Shown here: one piece after another, positions 56,616 to 64,000 of the stretch | How positions within the stretch are numbered: position 1 is the stretch's first letter | Layout of the letters: each line of letters opens with the position of its first letter | NCBI GenBank assembly: GCA_024276825.1 | Contig: JAJRWI010000010.1 | Coordinates: 96,001-160,000, forward strand | DNA from: an archaeon | GTDB taxonomy: Archaea > Asgardarchaeota > Thorarchaeia > Thorarchaeales > Thorarchaeaceae | Direction of reading: 5' to 3' | DNA length: 64,000 nucleotides | Notes under the pieces: generated by a model | What the model saw: the letters and a program-made list of their open reading frames with translations, nothing else | The model's database searches: none | What the model was told of the DNA's origin: nothing | Program-made: the position numbers and the translations under genes

Positions 56616-57466
56616 GATTTTGTCCTCGTCAGCTCATCCAATAGAGCCTTTGCATATAATGCTCCTCTAATAGGAACAGGGGTCTCGGAGATTATCACAG
56701 GACTATATCCCTGTTCAAGAATAATGTCCATCAAGGGCGCAATATCGGGACCCCAAGACTCTCCCAGAGGCTTGTGTGAACTCTCGCCAGCCTTGGTATA
56801 GACGATTCCACTGACATGAAAGTGCATATTGTCAGTGAACTTCTTTCCAAGAGCATCCTCAAATTGATTGATTATCTTAAGGTAGTCATCATAACTCTTG
56901 ATTGCACCCTGTCTGCGAGCATAGATATGAGCCCAGTCGATTGTTGGTATTATCCCCTCATGCCCCGAACATAAGTTGATTATCTCTTCAACAGAACCAA
57001 ATGCATTGACCTTCCCTGCAACCTCAGGAGAGAGGTGTGCTCCACCAGCGGCATCACCAGCAACATCCCATACATCTTCCAGTGCCTTTCGAATCACTCT
57101 AAATGTCTCGTCATCGCTCAGACCACCACGTGTGCCAGGATGAAACACAATCCGCTTGACATTCATCAGTGGAGCAAATCGAAGTGCCTTGATCAGACGC
57201 TCTTTGGAACGTTCGCGAGTTTCTTCCTTCTTCGAAGCAAGGCTTATGAAATATGCAGCATGCAATGACATGAATATCCTAGATTCTCTTGACAGGTCTC
57301 CAATAACCTTCGCAGCTTTTTCTGATGTCCTGAGACCGTATACTGCCGCATACTCCAGAGCATCAAGACCACTCTCTTCGAGTATCTCAAAGACTCTCTT
57401 GACATTGCCCTTTGCCTCATCAGGATAGCCTGAAGGCCCAAAACGGACTCTACTCAGAGTGATCAT
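56612..57466 (-). CDS. nfo: Endonuclease IV (AP endonuclease family 2)
   Basis: 'RFGPSG', 'SLHAAYFISL', 'VFHPG', 'PE..GK...FGS..E', 'DWAH', 'HFH.SG', 'GE..H', 'ISETP'. Start has an ATGA overlap with the upstream gene. Confidence 0.92.
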   Translation of the reverse strand: MITLSRVRFGPSGYPDEAKGNVKRVFEILEESGLDALEYAAVYGLRTSEKAAKVIGDLSRESRIFMSLHAAYFISLASKKEETRERSKERLIKALRFAPLMNVKRIVFHPGTRGGLSDDETFRVIRKALEDVWDVAGDAAGGAHLSPEVAGKVNAFGSVEEIINLCSGHEGIIPTIDWAHIYARRQGAIKSYDDYLKIINQFEDALGKKFTDNMHFHVSGIVYTKAGESSHKPLGESWGPDIAPLMDIILEQGYSPVIISETPVPIRGALYAKALLDELTRTKS

Positions 57467-57969
57467 TCCTCCATTGTAAACTCCCATGCGCAGTAGTATT
57501 CATCAGGATGGGGGTCAGGTGGACAGGCAATGCAACGAGTCTTAATGCGTGGGTCGATTGTCTTTGCAAATTCAGTGTACTCGATTATGCCAACTTCCTT
57601 GCACGGAAAGTCGGGAAGGCCCTTTCGTTTTCGAGCGGTCTGAACACGACACTCATTCATTCTGAATATCAGTGTGTTGTCATTCACCCATTCACTGGAT
57701 TGCTTGTTAAGGCGTGCATAGACACGGAATTTGAGTGCCATGTCTAGTGACCTGAGACCGCCCCCCGGCTCAATCCCCATCTCCCTCATGATTCGTTTAG
57801 CCTCAATTGGAGAGAATATCTTCCATGCCTCCTTGTCCATCTCAATCGCAACATCAATTCCGTACTTTTTCTCAAGAGCCAGAAAATACGCCCCATCCAT
57901 TGCTTGCCAAGCTTTTGCATACATATCAATTATCTTCAACAGAGTTTCTCTGGGGAGTTCTTCGAACAT
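57463..57969 (-). CDS. DUF6125 family (V4R-like ligand-binding) protein
   Basis: 'W.A.DG.YF...E..YG...A...D..AW', 'CRVQ.AR.RKG...FPC', 'F...IDPRI...C..CPPD.HP....CAWEF'. Confidence 0.8.
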   Translation of the reverse strand: MFEELPRETLLKIIDMYAKAWQAMDGAYFLALEKKYGIDVAIEMDKEAWKIFSPIEAKRIMREMGIEPGGGLRSLDMALKFRVYARLNKQSSEWVNDNTLIFRMNECRVQTARKRKGLPDFPCKEVGIIEYTEFAKTIDPRIKTRCIACPPDPHPDEYYCAWEFTMEE

Positions 57970-58095
57970 TGCCTTCACTCTCATGATTGGCAATGCATGC
58001 TGCGATTTTAGTCATTTGCTTGAGGATTATGTAATGAATAACTTTCGGAACTCTTTAATGAGAGATGCATAAGTCTGTATCTGGAGACCTCGACC

Positions 58096-59010
58096 ATGTC
58101 CGACAAGTCCAGAAAAACAGATCCCAAAGCATTTGTGAGTATAATAAGACCACAGAACTGCATCATCGGCGGACTCACAGTCATCTCGGGTATTGCAATC
58201 GCTCATCGCATTGCTCAACCATTAGTACCTATGGGCCAATTCCAGAATCTGTTTGTCCTTGGATACTTCATCTACTTCTTTGTGGCAGCTGCTGGAAATG
58301 TTGTGAATGATATATTTGATATTGAGATTGATAGGATTAACAGGCCACATCGGGCCTTGCCAAGCGGAAGAATGACCGTAAGGCAGGCTTGGATATATGT
58401 TGTCATTTTGAGTTCAATTGGTGCTCTTCTGGCATTAATTGTTGGGCTGTACTCCTTTGTGATAGTAGTATTCTTTGAGGTTGTTGGCTACTATTATGCT
58501 GCAAAGGGAAAGGAGCTTGGAATTGCTGGAAATCTGATGGTGGCATTCTCTTTTGCATTTGGCACGGTCTATGGCTCATTCATATATGGCGAAACAATTG
58601 GGCAGTTCATAATTCCAACACCAACTTGGCTTTTCTTCATCACCGCATTCATGATCTTGCAAGCTCGTGAGACCATCAAGGGAGCAGAGGATGTGGAAGG
58701 CGATGAGCTGAGAGATGTCCGCACAATTGCAAGAGTGTATGGACACAGAGCGGCCGCAGGGGTTTCTGCCATACTAAACCTGATAGGAATAACTTGCTAC
58801 ATTCTAATCTGGTATTTGGGTTATGCGAGCTTTAATCTCTGGCCACTTTTGCTTGCAGGTGTCATTGCTGTTTTGGGGGCCGCTATTGCGCCACTCGCAG
58901 GACCGGAAGATAAGAAAAAGCTGCTGATCGGCAGCACCTTGGACAAAGTTGGAGCATTAATCGGACTGATAGCATTCGTCGTGATACCATTCTACGGTGC
59001 GGTGTTCTAA
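58096..59010 (+). CDS. UbiA-family prenyltransferase, digeranylgeranylglyceryl phosphate synthase
   Basis: 'IRP.N', 'NDIFDIEIDRINRP.R.LPSG', 'GN..VA', 'RE.IKG.EDVEGD'; about 8 TM. Confidence 0.9.
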   Translation: MSDKSRKTDPKAFVSIIRPQNCIIGGLTVISGIAIAHRIAQPLVPMGQFQNLFVLGYFIYFFVAAAGNVVNDIFDIEIDRINRPHRALPSGRMTVRQAWIYVVILSSIGALLALIVGLYSFVIVVFFEVVGYYYAAKGKELGIAGNLMVAFSFAFGTVYGSFIYGETIGQFIIPTPTWLFFITAFMILQARETIKGAEDVEGDELRDVRTIARVYGHRAAAGVSAILNLIGITCYILIWYLGYASFNLWPLLLAGVIAVLGAAIAPLAGPEDKKKLLIGSTLDKVGALIGLIAFVVIPFYGAVF

Positions 59011-59013
59011 TTG

Positions 59014-59820
59014 TCAGTGAACTTGCCAGAATGTCCAGATCAGTACAATCATACACAATATGGAAACGATAAATGCCCACTGTGTTGATGTATCGTGGGC
59101 CTCACGTATTCCAAATATCAGCAGAAATCCGACCCAGAAGAATGAAGCCACTGTCAGGTAATCAATTATTAGCCACATAGGAGACTCATATAGACCCAAT
59201 ATTGCAGCGGTCAATGCTGCCTGCGTGTTCACACTATACGTGGGAGCCATGGTGAAGACCACAATCAATGCCAGTAGTCTGAACAGCACAACTGGAAGCA
59301 TGCTATAACCCACAATTGCAATAGTCTTACGCTTGTTTCCCCTACCACCTGTGATCTTGAATGCGAGATGTGCAAATGCAGAGCCAAGAATCAGATAGAT
59401 AAAGCCCAGTAGAACATTTGGCAGAATGGAAACAAGTGCACTAAGATATAATCCGCCACTATAGGGAGTGTTTAAGACACTCACATCAGTAAGGGTTCCA
59501 TTGATATTAACAGAAACCGTGAGCTTGGACATCATTGCCAACAAAAAGCCTGCAAGAACTACAGCATTTGCTATTATTATGAGAAATGGGCCCACCATAT
59601 CGGGGCGCTGAGCGATGTCACGATATGTTGGACTCGGTCTCAAAATGACTCCGAGAAGACGTTCGAATGGGTTCATATAGCGGATGTCAGGCGCCTCGGG
59701 TCGCTTGAGGAGTGGAAGAATTCTCTCAAGGGTCTCCTCTGCAATCTCTTCCTTGCAGACTGGACAGACAGTTGCATCAGCAGGAACCGGTGAGTCGCAG
59801 AACGCGCAACGACGGACCAT
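59014..59820 (-). CDS. Yip1 domain membrane protein with N-terminal Zn ribbon
   Basis: CAFC...CPVC; 'RL.GVI.RP..TY..I', 'H...KI.GG.G......IVGYS.LP', 'FGIREAH'; 5 TM. Confidence 0.8.
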   Translation of the reverse strand: MVRRCAFCDSPVPADATVCPVCKEEIAEETLERILPLLKRPEAPDIRYMNPFERLLGVILRPSPTYRDIAQRPDMVGPFLIIIANAVVLAGFLLAMMSKLTVSVNINGTLTDVSVLNTPYSGGLYLSALVSILPNVLLGFIYLILGSAFAHLAFKITGGRGNKRKTIAIVGYSMLPVVLFRLLALIVVFTMAPTYSVNTQAALTAAILGLYESPMWLIIDYLTVASFFWVGFLLIFGIREAHDTSTQWAFIVSILCMIVLIWTFWQVH

Positions 59821-59896
59821 TTGTCACTCCTCGTAATCTGGTCACACTTTAGATTGCTAATCATAATATAGCGGTTTCTACGATTGAAACCATTTG

Positions 59897-59927
59897 AAAA
59901 AAAGTAAAGGGGCCCCCTCCGGCCCCT
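59897..59927 (-). terminator. Hairpin + U-tract terminator of the ECF S-component gene
   Basis: AGGGGCC-CCCTCC-GGCCCCT (59908-59927) with A7 at 59897-59903, which is a U-tract on the minus strand. Confidence 0.6.
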
Positions 59928-59938
59928 CGCGAATTGGT

Positions 59939-60580
59939 TCACCACAGTTTAAAGTGCTCATAGAGCGGAGTCTTGAACACTATCATATATGGGATCACAG
60001 CATCCCATGTCCCTTGAAAGAGGTTTAGTACAACTGTCAGATACACTATTTCTTCAAGAGTGACGAAGGGATACAGGAGCGGGACTAGAACTATGTTTAC
60101 TGCAAGCATGAATACTAGTCTGACAACAAAAGCCACCAGCATCACTTTGAAATACAGTGATGCATTGGATAAAACAAATCCACCATGCAAGAGTGTTCTT
60201 TTTCTCGTGAGCAGATATGGTACTGCAATCATCGGAAGTGTTGCCAAGAACTTGAACATGGGACCGATTCCGGTTGGGTCCCAAATAAATAGACCAAAGG
60301 TTCCAGCAACCATACTAATACTACCAACACGATAGCCACCTATGAGAAATGCGATTATCCAGAATAGTGATACAGGGTCGAATAATGCAATTCCCCATGA
60401 GGCCCTAGCGAGTATTGACGCCGAAGGCGCAATTGCAATTGAGAGAGATGCAAGGAGGGCAGACACTGCAATCTCCTTTGCTCCTTTCTTGCGATTATTG
60501 ATGTCTATCGGCTCCAATTCAGAGGTCTCTGTTATTGTAACTGCTTCCACGCTGTTTTCATGATGTCTGGGTTCTGTCAT
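59939..60580 (-). CDS. ECF transporter S-component-like membrane protein
   Basis: 'KEIAVSALLASLS', 'FDP......AFL.GG...G', 'G..FK..A'; 5-6 TM. Confidence 0.7.
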   Translation of the reverse strand: MTEPRHHENSVEAVTITETSELEPIDINNRKKGAKEIAVSALLASLSIAIAPSASILARASWGIALFDPVSLFWIIAFLIGGYRVGSISMVAGTFGLFIWDPTGIGPMFKFLATLPMIAVPYLLTRKRTLLHGGFVLSNASLYFKVMLVAFVVRLVFMLAVNIVLVPLLYPFVTLEEIVYLTVVLNLFQGTWDAVIPYMIVFKTPLYEHFKLW

Positions 60581-60654
60581 GGTTAAGGCTCAGAATGCGC
60601 CCCTTATAAAATTACTCATTGAGTAGTAAATACCCATAATTGAGTATATCAGTA

Positions 60655-61122
60655 TCAATAGCTATCAAGGATTTTTTGGATATGATCATGCAATCGTTCC
60701 TCGGGTGGCACAAACAACCTTCCGCGTTCTAGCATCCGCAACAAAAATCGTGTAGATTCGAGAAGATCAGGATTGATTCGCCATTCAGCCCATTCTATCC
60801 CCGAGTGAAGAGAGGTCCTGCTTAATACGAGCTTGGAAGATATCAACTCATTAAGCCCATTTAGAATTGTCCCGATAGTTACCGCTCCTATTACTGGGCG
60901 TATCTCGCGTGCCACCCTCAGAAGTTCAGATGTGCTCACCCAACCACCATTCTCGATAAGTAGTTTAAGGATCTTTGATCGGACTGGGTCGTTCTCAAGA
61001 ACTCCTTTGAGGGGCGCAAGATTCGCCGGACGCGAGGGGCGCTCATGTTCCCTTGGGCTCTCCCATGGCTCGAGAATCTTGTCAAATCGGATTTGTCGAA
61101 AGTCCATTGTGACATTCTCCAT
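60655..61122 (-). CDS. Winged-helix domain protein
   Basis: 'DPVRSKILKLL....GW.STSEL......VTIGTIL..L......WRINP' is ArsR-like wHTH. Confidence 0.6.
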   Translation of the reverse strand: MENVTMDFRQIRFDKILEPWESPREHERPSRPANLAPLKGVLENDPVRSKILKLLIENGGWVSTSELLRVAREIRPVIGAVTIGTILNGLNELISSKLVLSRTSLHSGIEWAEWRINPDLLESTRFLLRMLERGRLFVPPEERLHDHIQKILDSY

Positions 61123-61216
61123 GACCTTAGACAGCGCAAGTTCATTTTAAACACAGTATTACATTGGTTGTGCGTCACAATTCACAACCCTTATCTTAGT
61201 TTACACACTAGAGAGA

Positions 61217-61597
61217 ATGATGACAACCCATAACCAGATTGAGAACTTATTCTCTCGAAGCTTTGAGAAACCATCAGACCTCTTATGTTGTGCATTTGGT
61301 CTGAAAAACAGTGAGATTGACACATATTTCTCACTACTATCAGGACCAAAGACTGTAGAGGAGATCAGGTCAGTTGTTGAATGCGATAGGAGTACAGTCC
61401 AGAGAGCACTGATGAAGCTACGAAACAAAGGTCTTGTGGAAAGGGAGATTCGACATATCAAAAGAGGGGGCTACTACTATGTGTATAGAGCCCTATCTGC
61501 CGACGATGTACGAAGAATAATCCTTGACCTTCTTGAGAAGTGGTACCGCGAAACCAAAAAGTTATTGTTGGCCACATGGCCCGAGCAGCTTGAATAA
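61217..61597 (+). CDS. TrmB-like HTH transcription regulator (COG3355-like)
   Basis: 'DLLCCAFGL...EID.Y..L', 'DRSTVQRAL..L...GLV.R......GGYYYVY'. Confidence 0.88.
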   Translation: MMTTHNQIENLFSRSFEKPSDLLCCAFGLKNSEIDTYFSLLSGPKTVEEIRSVVECDRSTVQRALMKLRNKGLVEREIRHIKRGGYYYVYRALSADDVRRIILDLLEKWYRETKKLLLATWPEQLE

Positions 61598-61627
61598 AAC
61601 AGAAATCTTCAGGTTGGTAGATCAGCA

Positions 61628-62194
61628 ATGGACCTATTCCCACTACGAAAGAACACAGCAGCACTAGTGATACTAGCAATGTTAGCAGCACTTGGGATTC
61701 TCGTAAGATCATTCATTTCCATTCCCGTGGTACCAGGCCTTGTAGAACTGACTCCAGGATTCTTGTTCTCAATTCTTGGTGGCGTGATTGGAGGCGTGCC
61801 AGGGGGCGTGTTTGTCGGCGCCATCACGGGTCTTGGTGGAGCCCTGGCTGGAAATGAACCACCACTCTTACCAATGATTGGAAACATATTCCTTGGAGTC
61901 GGCGGGGGATATGCAATACATCTTGTCAAGGACCGCGACGGTTTCAAATATGCAACCATGGTAATTCTGGGGAGCGGCATAATAGGAGGATTCATTCCAT
62001 CGGCCACAATATTCGCATCACTCACAGACTCATGGGAAGTGATTGTGGGTACCGCCGCAATCGATATGTTTCAGGGCTTCCTTTGGGGGTTCATAGCATT
62101 GATTTTGGAAAAGTGGGTGATCAGACCAGTTGTGGGTCATTACATTTATCGTCCCAGAGACGGTTCATTTGACGAACTGGAAGAAGGAAAATAG
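61628..62194 (+). CDS. ECF transporter S-component
   Basis: 'LAMLAALG', 'IP..PG..E.TPG....L.G...G...G..VG'; about 6 TM. Confidence 0.75.
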   Translation: MDLFPLRKNTAALVILAMLAALGILVRSFISIPVVPGLVELTPGFLFSILGGVIGGVPGGVFVGAITGLGGALAGNEPPLLPMIGNIFLGVGGGYAIHLVKDRDGFKYATMVILGSGIIGGFIPSATIFASLTDSWEVIVGTAAIDMFQGFLWGFIALILEKWVIRPVVGHYIYRPRDGSFDELEEGK

Positions 62195-62195
62195 A

Positions 62196-62846
62196 ATGGT
62201 AGACAAGAAAGTTGTAATTGACATCAAAAGAGATCTCTTCGGGGCCAATGAGGAGGCCGCTTCAGAGAATGCTGAGATATTCAAAAAGCATGGTATAAAG
62301 TCAGTTGATATCATGGGCTCAGTAGGGACTGGAAAGACACACCTGATTGAGGCGTTGTGTGAGCGGCTCAAAGGCAAGTACAGGATTCTTATGCTTGCTG
62401 GAGACTTGGCCACCACAATTGATGCGGACAGGGTCGCCGCACATGGTGTTGACACCTTACAGATTAACACACAGACAGCATGCCATCTGGATGCCAGAAT
62501 GATCAGGTACGCCTTGAATAATGTCGACCTCTCCAAGTATGATCTTGTCTTTATTGAGAATGTGGGAAATCTGATTTGTCCCGCAGGATACTCTCTCGGC
62601 GTTGATAAGAAGATAGTTGTTGTGAGTGTGACCGAAGGGCCATATATGATCAGAAAGCACCCATTAACAATTAAACGCGCAGATATGGTGGTCATCAATA
62701 AGATAGATCTTGCAGAGGCCCTAGAGTTTGATGTTGGTCATTTGATTGCTGATGTGAGAGAGGTGGATGCAAACATCCCTGTTGTTGCAGTCAGCTCAAA
62801 GACTGGCGAGGGACTTGATGGGTTGATCAATGTATTAGATCTCTGA
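62196..62846 (+). CDS. hypB: Hydrogenase nickel incorporation GTPase HypB
   Basis: 'GSVGTGKT', 'GD.....DA.R', 'CHLDA', 'ENVGNLICPA', 'SVTEG', 'NKID', 'S.KTGEG'. Start ATG 62196. Confidence 0.95.
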   Translation: MVDKKVVIDIKRDLFGANEEAASENAEIFKKHGIKSVDIMGSVGTGKTHLIEALCERLKGKYRILMLAGDLATTIDADRVAAHGVDTLQINTQTACHLDARMIRYALNNVDLSKYDLVFIENVGNLICPAGYSLGVDKKIVVVSVTEGPYMIRKHPLTIKRADMVVINKIDLAEALEFDVGHLIADVREVDANIPVVAVSSKTGEGLDGLINVLDL

Positions 62847-62937
62847 ATATTAATCAATAACTGGACCATAATAGTCGTACTTTAGTTCAACAAAGCTATA
62901 AAATAGAGGAAGGGACATACTTGATTGAGAGATTGTA

Positions 62938-63990
62938 ATGAATAGGAAGACTGGGCTGATTATTGGAACCATTCTTGTCCTGGGCATTATAGTCGGTCTT
63001 AGAATGGTGAGCTTTGAGAATGTTGGAACCATAACTGTTGGCGGACTTCAAAGAACATATCGAGTCTATGTTCCGGATTCACTTGATGAGAGCAGAGCTG
63101 CACCACTTATTATCGCGCTTCATGGTGGAGGAGGCTCTGGTAGGGGAATGATTGATCTAACACAGGGGGGCTTCAACACACTGGCTGATGAGAGCGGGTT
63201 CGTGGTTGTTTATCCAGATGCTGCTGAGAAAAACTGGAATGATGGCAGAGGCATAGAGAGGTATCGCTCTCAGAGAGAGAATATTGATGATGTCGGGTTT
63301 ATTTCCGCACTTATTGATAAGTTGGCGGACCAATTGAACATTGACCTGAATCGTGTATATGTAATTGGGATGTCGAATGGAGCAATAATGAGTTTTCGTC
63401 TTGCATGCGAACTCTCAGACAAGATTGCTGCAATCGCCCCCGTATGCGGCTCCATGCCAGAGAACTTCTCGGCAGTGTACACCGCTCAAAGGACAATGCC
63501 AGTCATGATGATCAATGGGATTGACGATCCTTTGGTTCCTTAGGAAGGTGGTAATATCACCTTTGGAGATTTGGATTTGGGGCGTGTCATATCAGTTCAT
63601 AATGCAATTGACTATTGGGTACAGATCAATAACTGCTCAAGTGAACCGATAGTAACATGGGAGCCTGATAGAGATCCCAATGATGGCACACGAGTTTACA
63701 AAGAAATGTACTGCAATGGTACTAATGGAGCCGAAGTCGTCCTTTATGCAGTTGAGGGAGGGGGTCATACTTGGCCCAGCGGAAAGCAATACCTCCCTGA
63801 AAATGTAATTGGCAAGACATGTTATGATATTGATGCGAACAAGTTGATATGGAGTTTCTTTAGTAGTTATTCGTTAGCCAGCACAGGTGAAACCAGACCA
63901 TCCCAACCAAATTTGAGAGCTTTGACCTGTATGGATTTCTCTCCCAGAGTCACTTTTGCGTGCATTGTTGTCTTTTCCGTAAAGAGTTGA
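62938..63990 (+). pseudogene. PHB-depolymerase/LpqC-like esterase interrupted by an in-frame TAG at 63541-63543
   Basis: 'R.Y.VYVP', 'LHGGGG', 'DDVGFI', GMSNG nucleophile and 'G.DDPLVP*EGG' continue in the same frame to 'GGGHTWP'. Track ORFs 62938..63543 and 63571..63990 share a frame. Confidence 0.85.
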
Positions 63991-64000
63991 ATCATGATTA

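Noticed and set aside
705-63496. Numerous short antisense or alternate-frame ORFs in the track (e.g. 32172..32663, 46782..47300, 62165..62698, 45341..45814)
   Set aside because: They lie within well-supported genes, show no motifs, and have the composition expected of shadow ORFs.
63541-63543. Genome-wide TAG reassignment
   Set aside because: Many conserved genes in the window end at TAG at their expected C-termini.
1-64000. Selenocysteine (in-frame TGA) genes and SECIS elements
   Set aside because: No conserved protein appears truncated at a TGA aligned with a Cys position; thioredoxin has a normal WCGPC.
1-64000. CRISPR arrays, rRNA, transposases, integrases, inteins
   Set aside because: No regularly spaced repeats, rRNA-like tracts or DDE/tyrosine recombinase motifs were seen; PolB and helicase motif spacing leaves no room for inteins.

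Overview
This is a gene-dense archaeal chromosomal window, almost certainly from an Asgard archaeon. The evidence is an ESCRT-I/II/III/Vps4 locus, a longin-like protein, an IFT52-like GIFT protein, TFB, DGGGP synthase and archaeosine genes; a Thorarchaeia-like lineage is a guess. Housekeeping content: nurA-herA-mre11-rad50, PolB, AspRS, ArgRS, arcS plus RaSEA, tldD-pmbA, nfo, a Trm11-like methyltransferase, hypB and an MgtE/TrkA-C pair. Two near-identical tRNA-Arg genes (CCG and GCG) flank an AT-rich ~3.3 kb ABC-exporter cassette whose ATPase carries an in-frame TAA. The best candidate for an undescribed system is the ESCRT locus at 40184-45232. Besides Vps25, Vps4 and a Vps2/24/46-type ESCRT-III, it encodes an apparent Vps28-N/Vps22(EAP30) fusion joining ESCRT-I to ESCRT-II. 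It also encodes a B-box/Zn-ribbon, coiled-coil, GLUE/GRAM-like PH, Pro-rich, steadiness-box-like protein that could replace the ubiquitin-binding Vps23/Vps36 adaptors. A cytosolic IFT52-like protein 11 kb away ends in a similar helical hairpin. Several enzyme-fold proteins appear to have lost catalytic ligands. No CRISPR array, rRNA, integrase or transposase was seen. All family calls are by eye from motifs and recalled consensus sequences; no searches were run.
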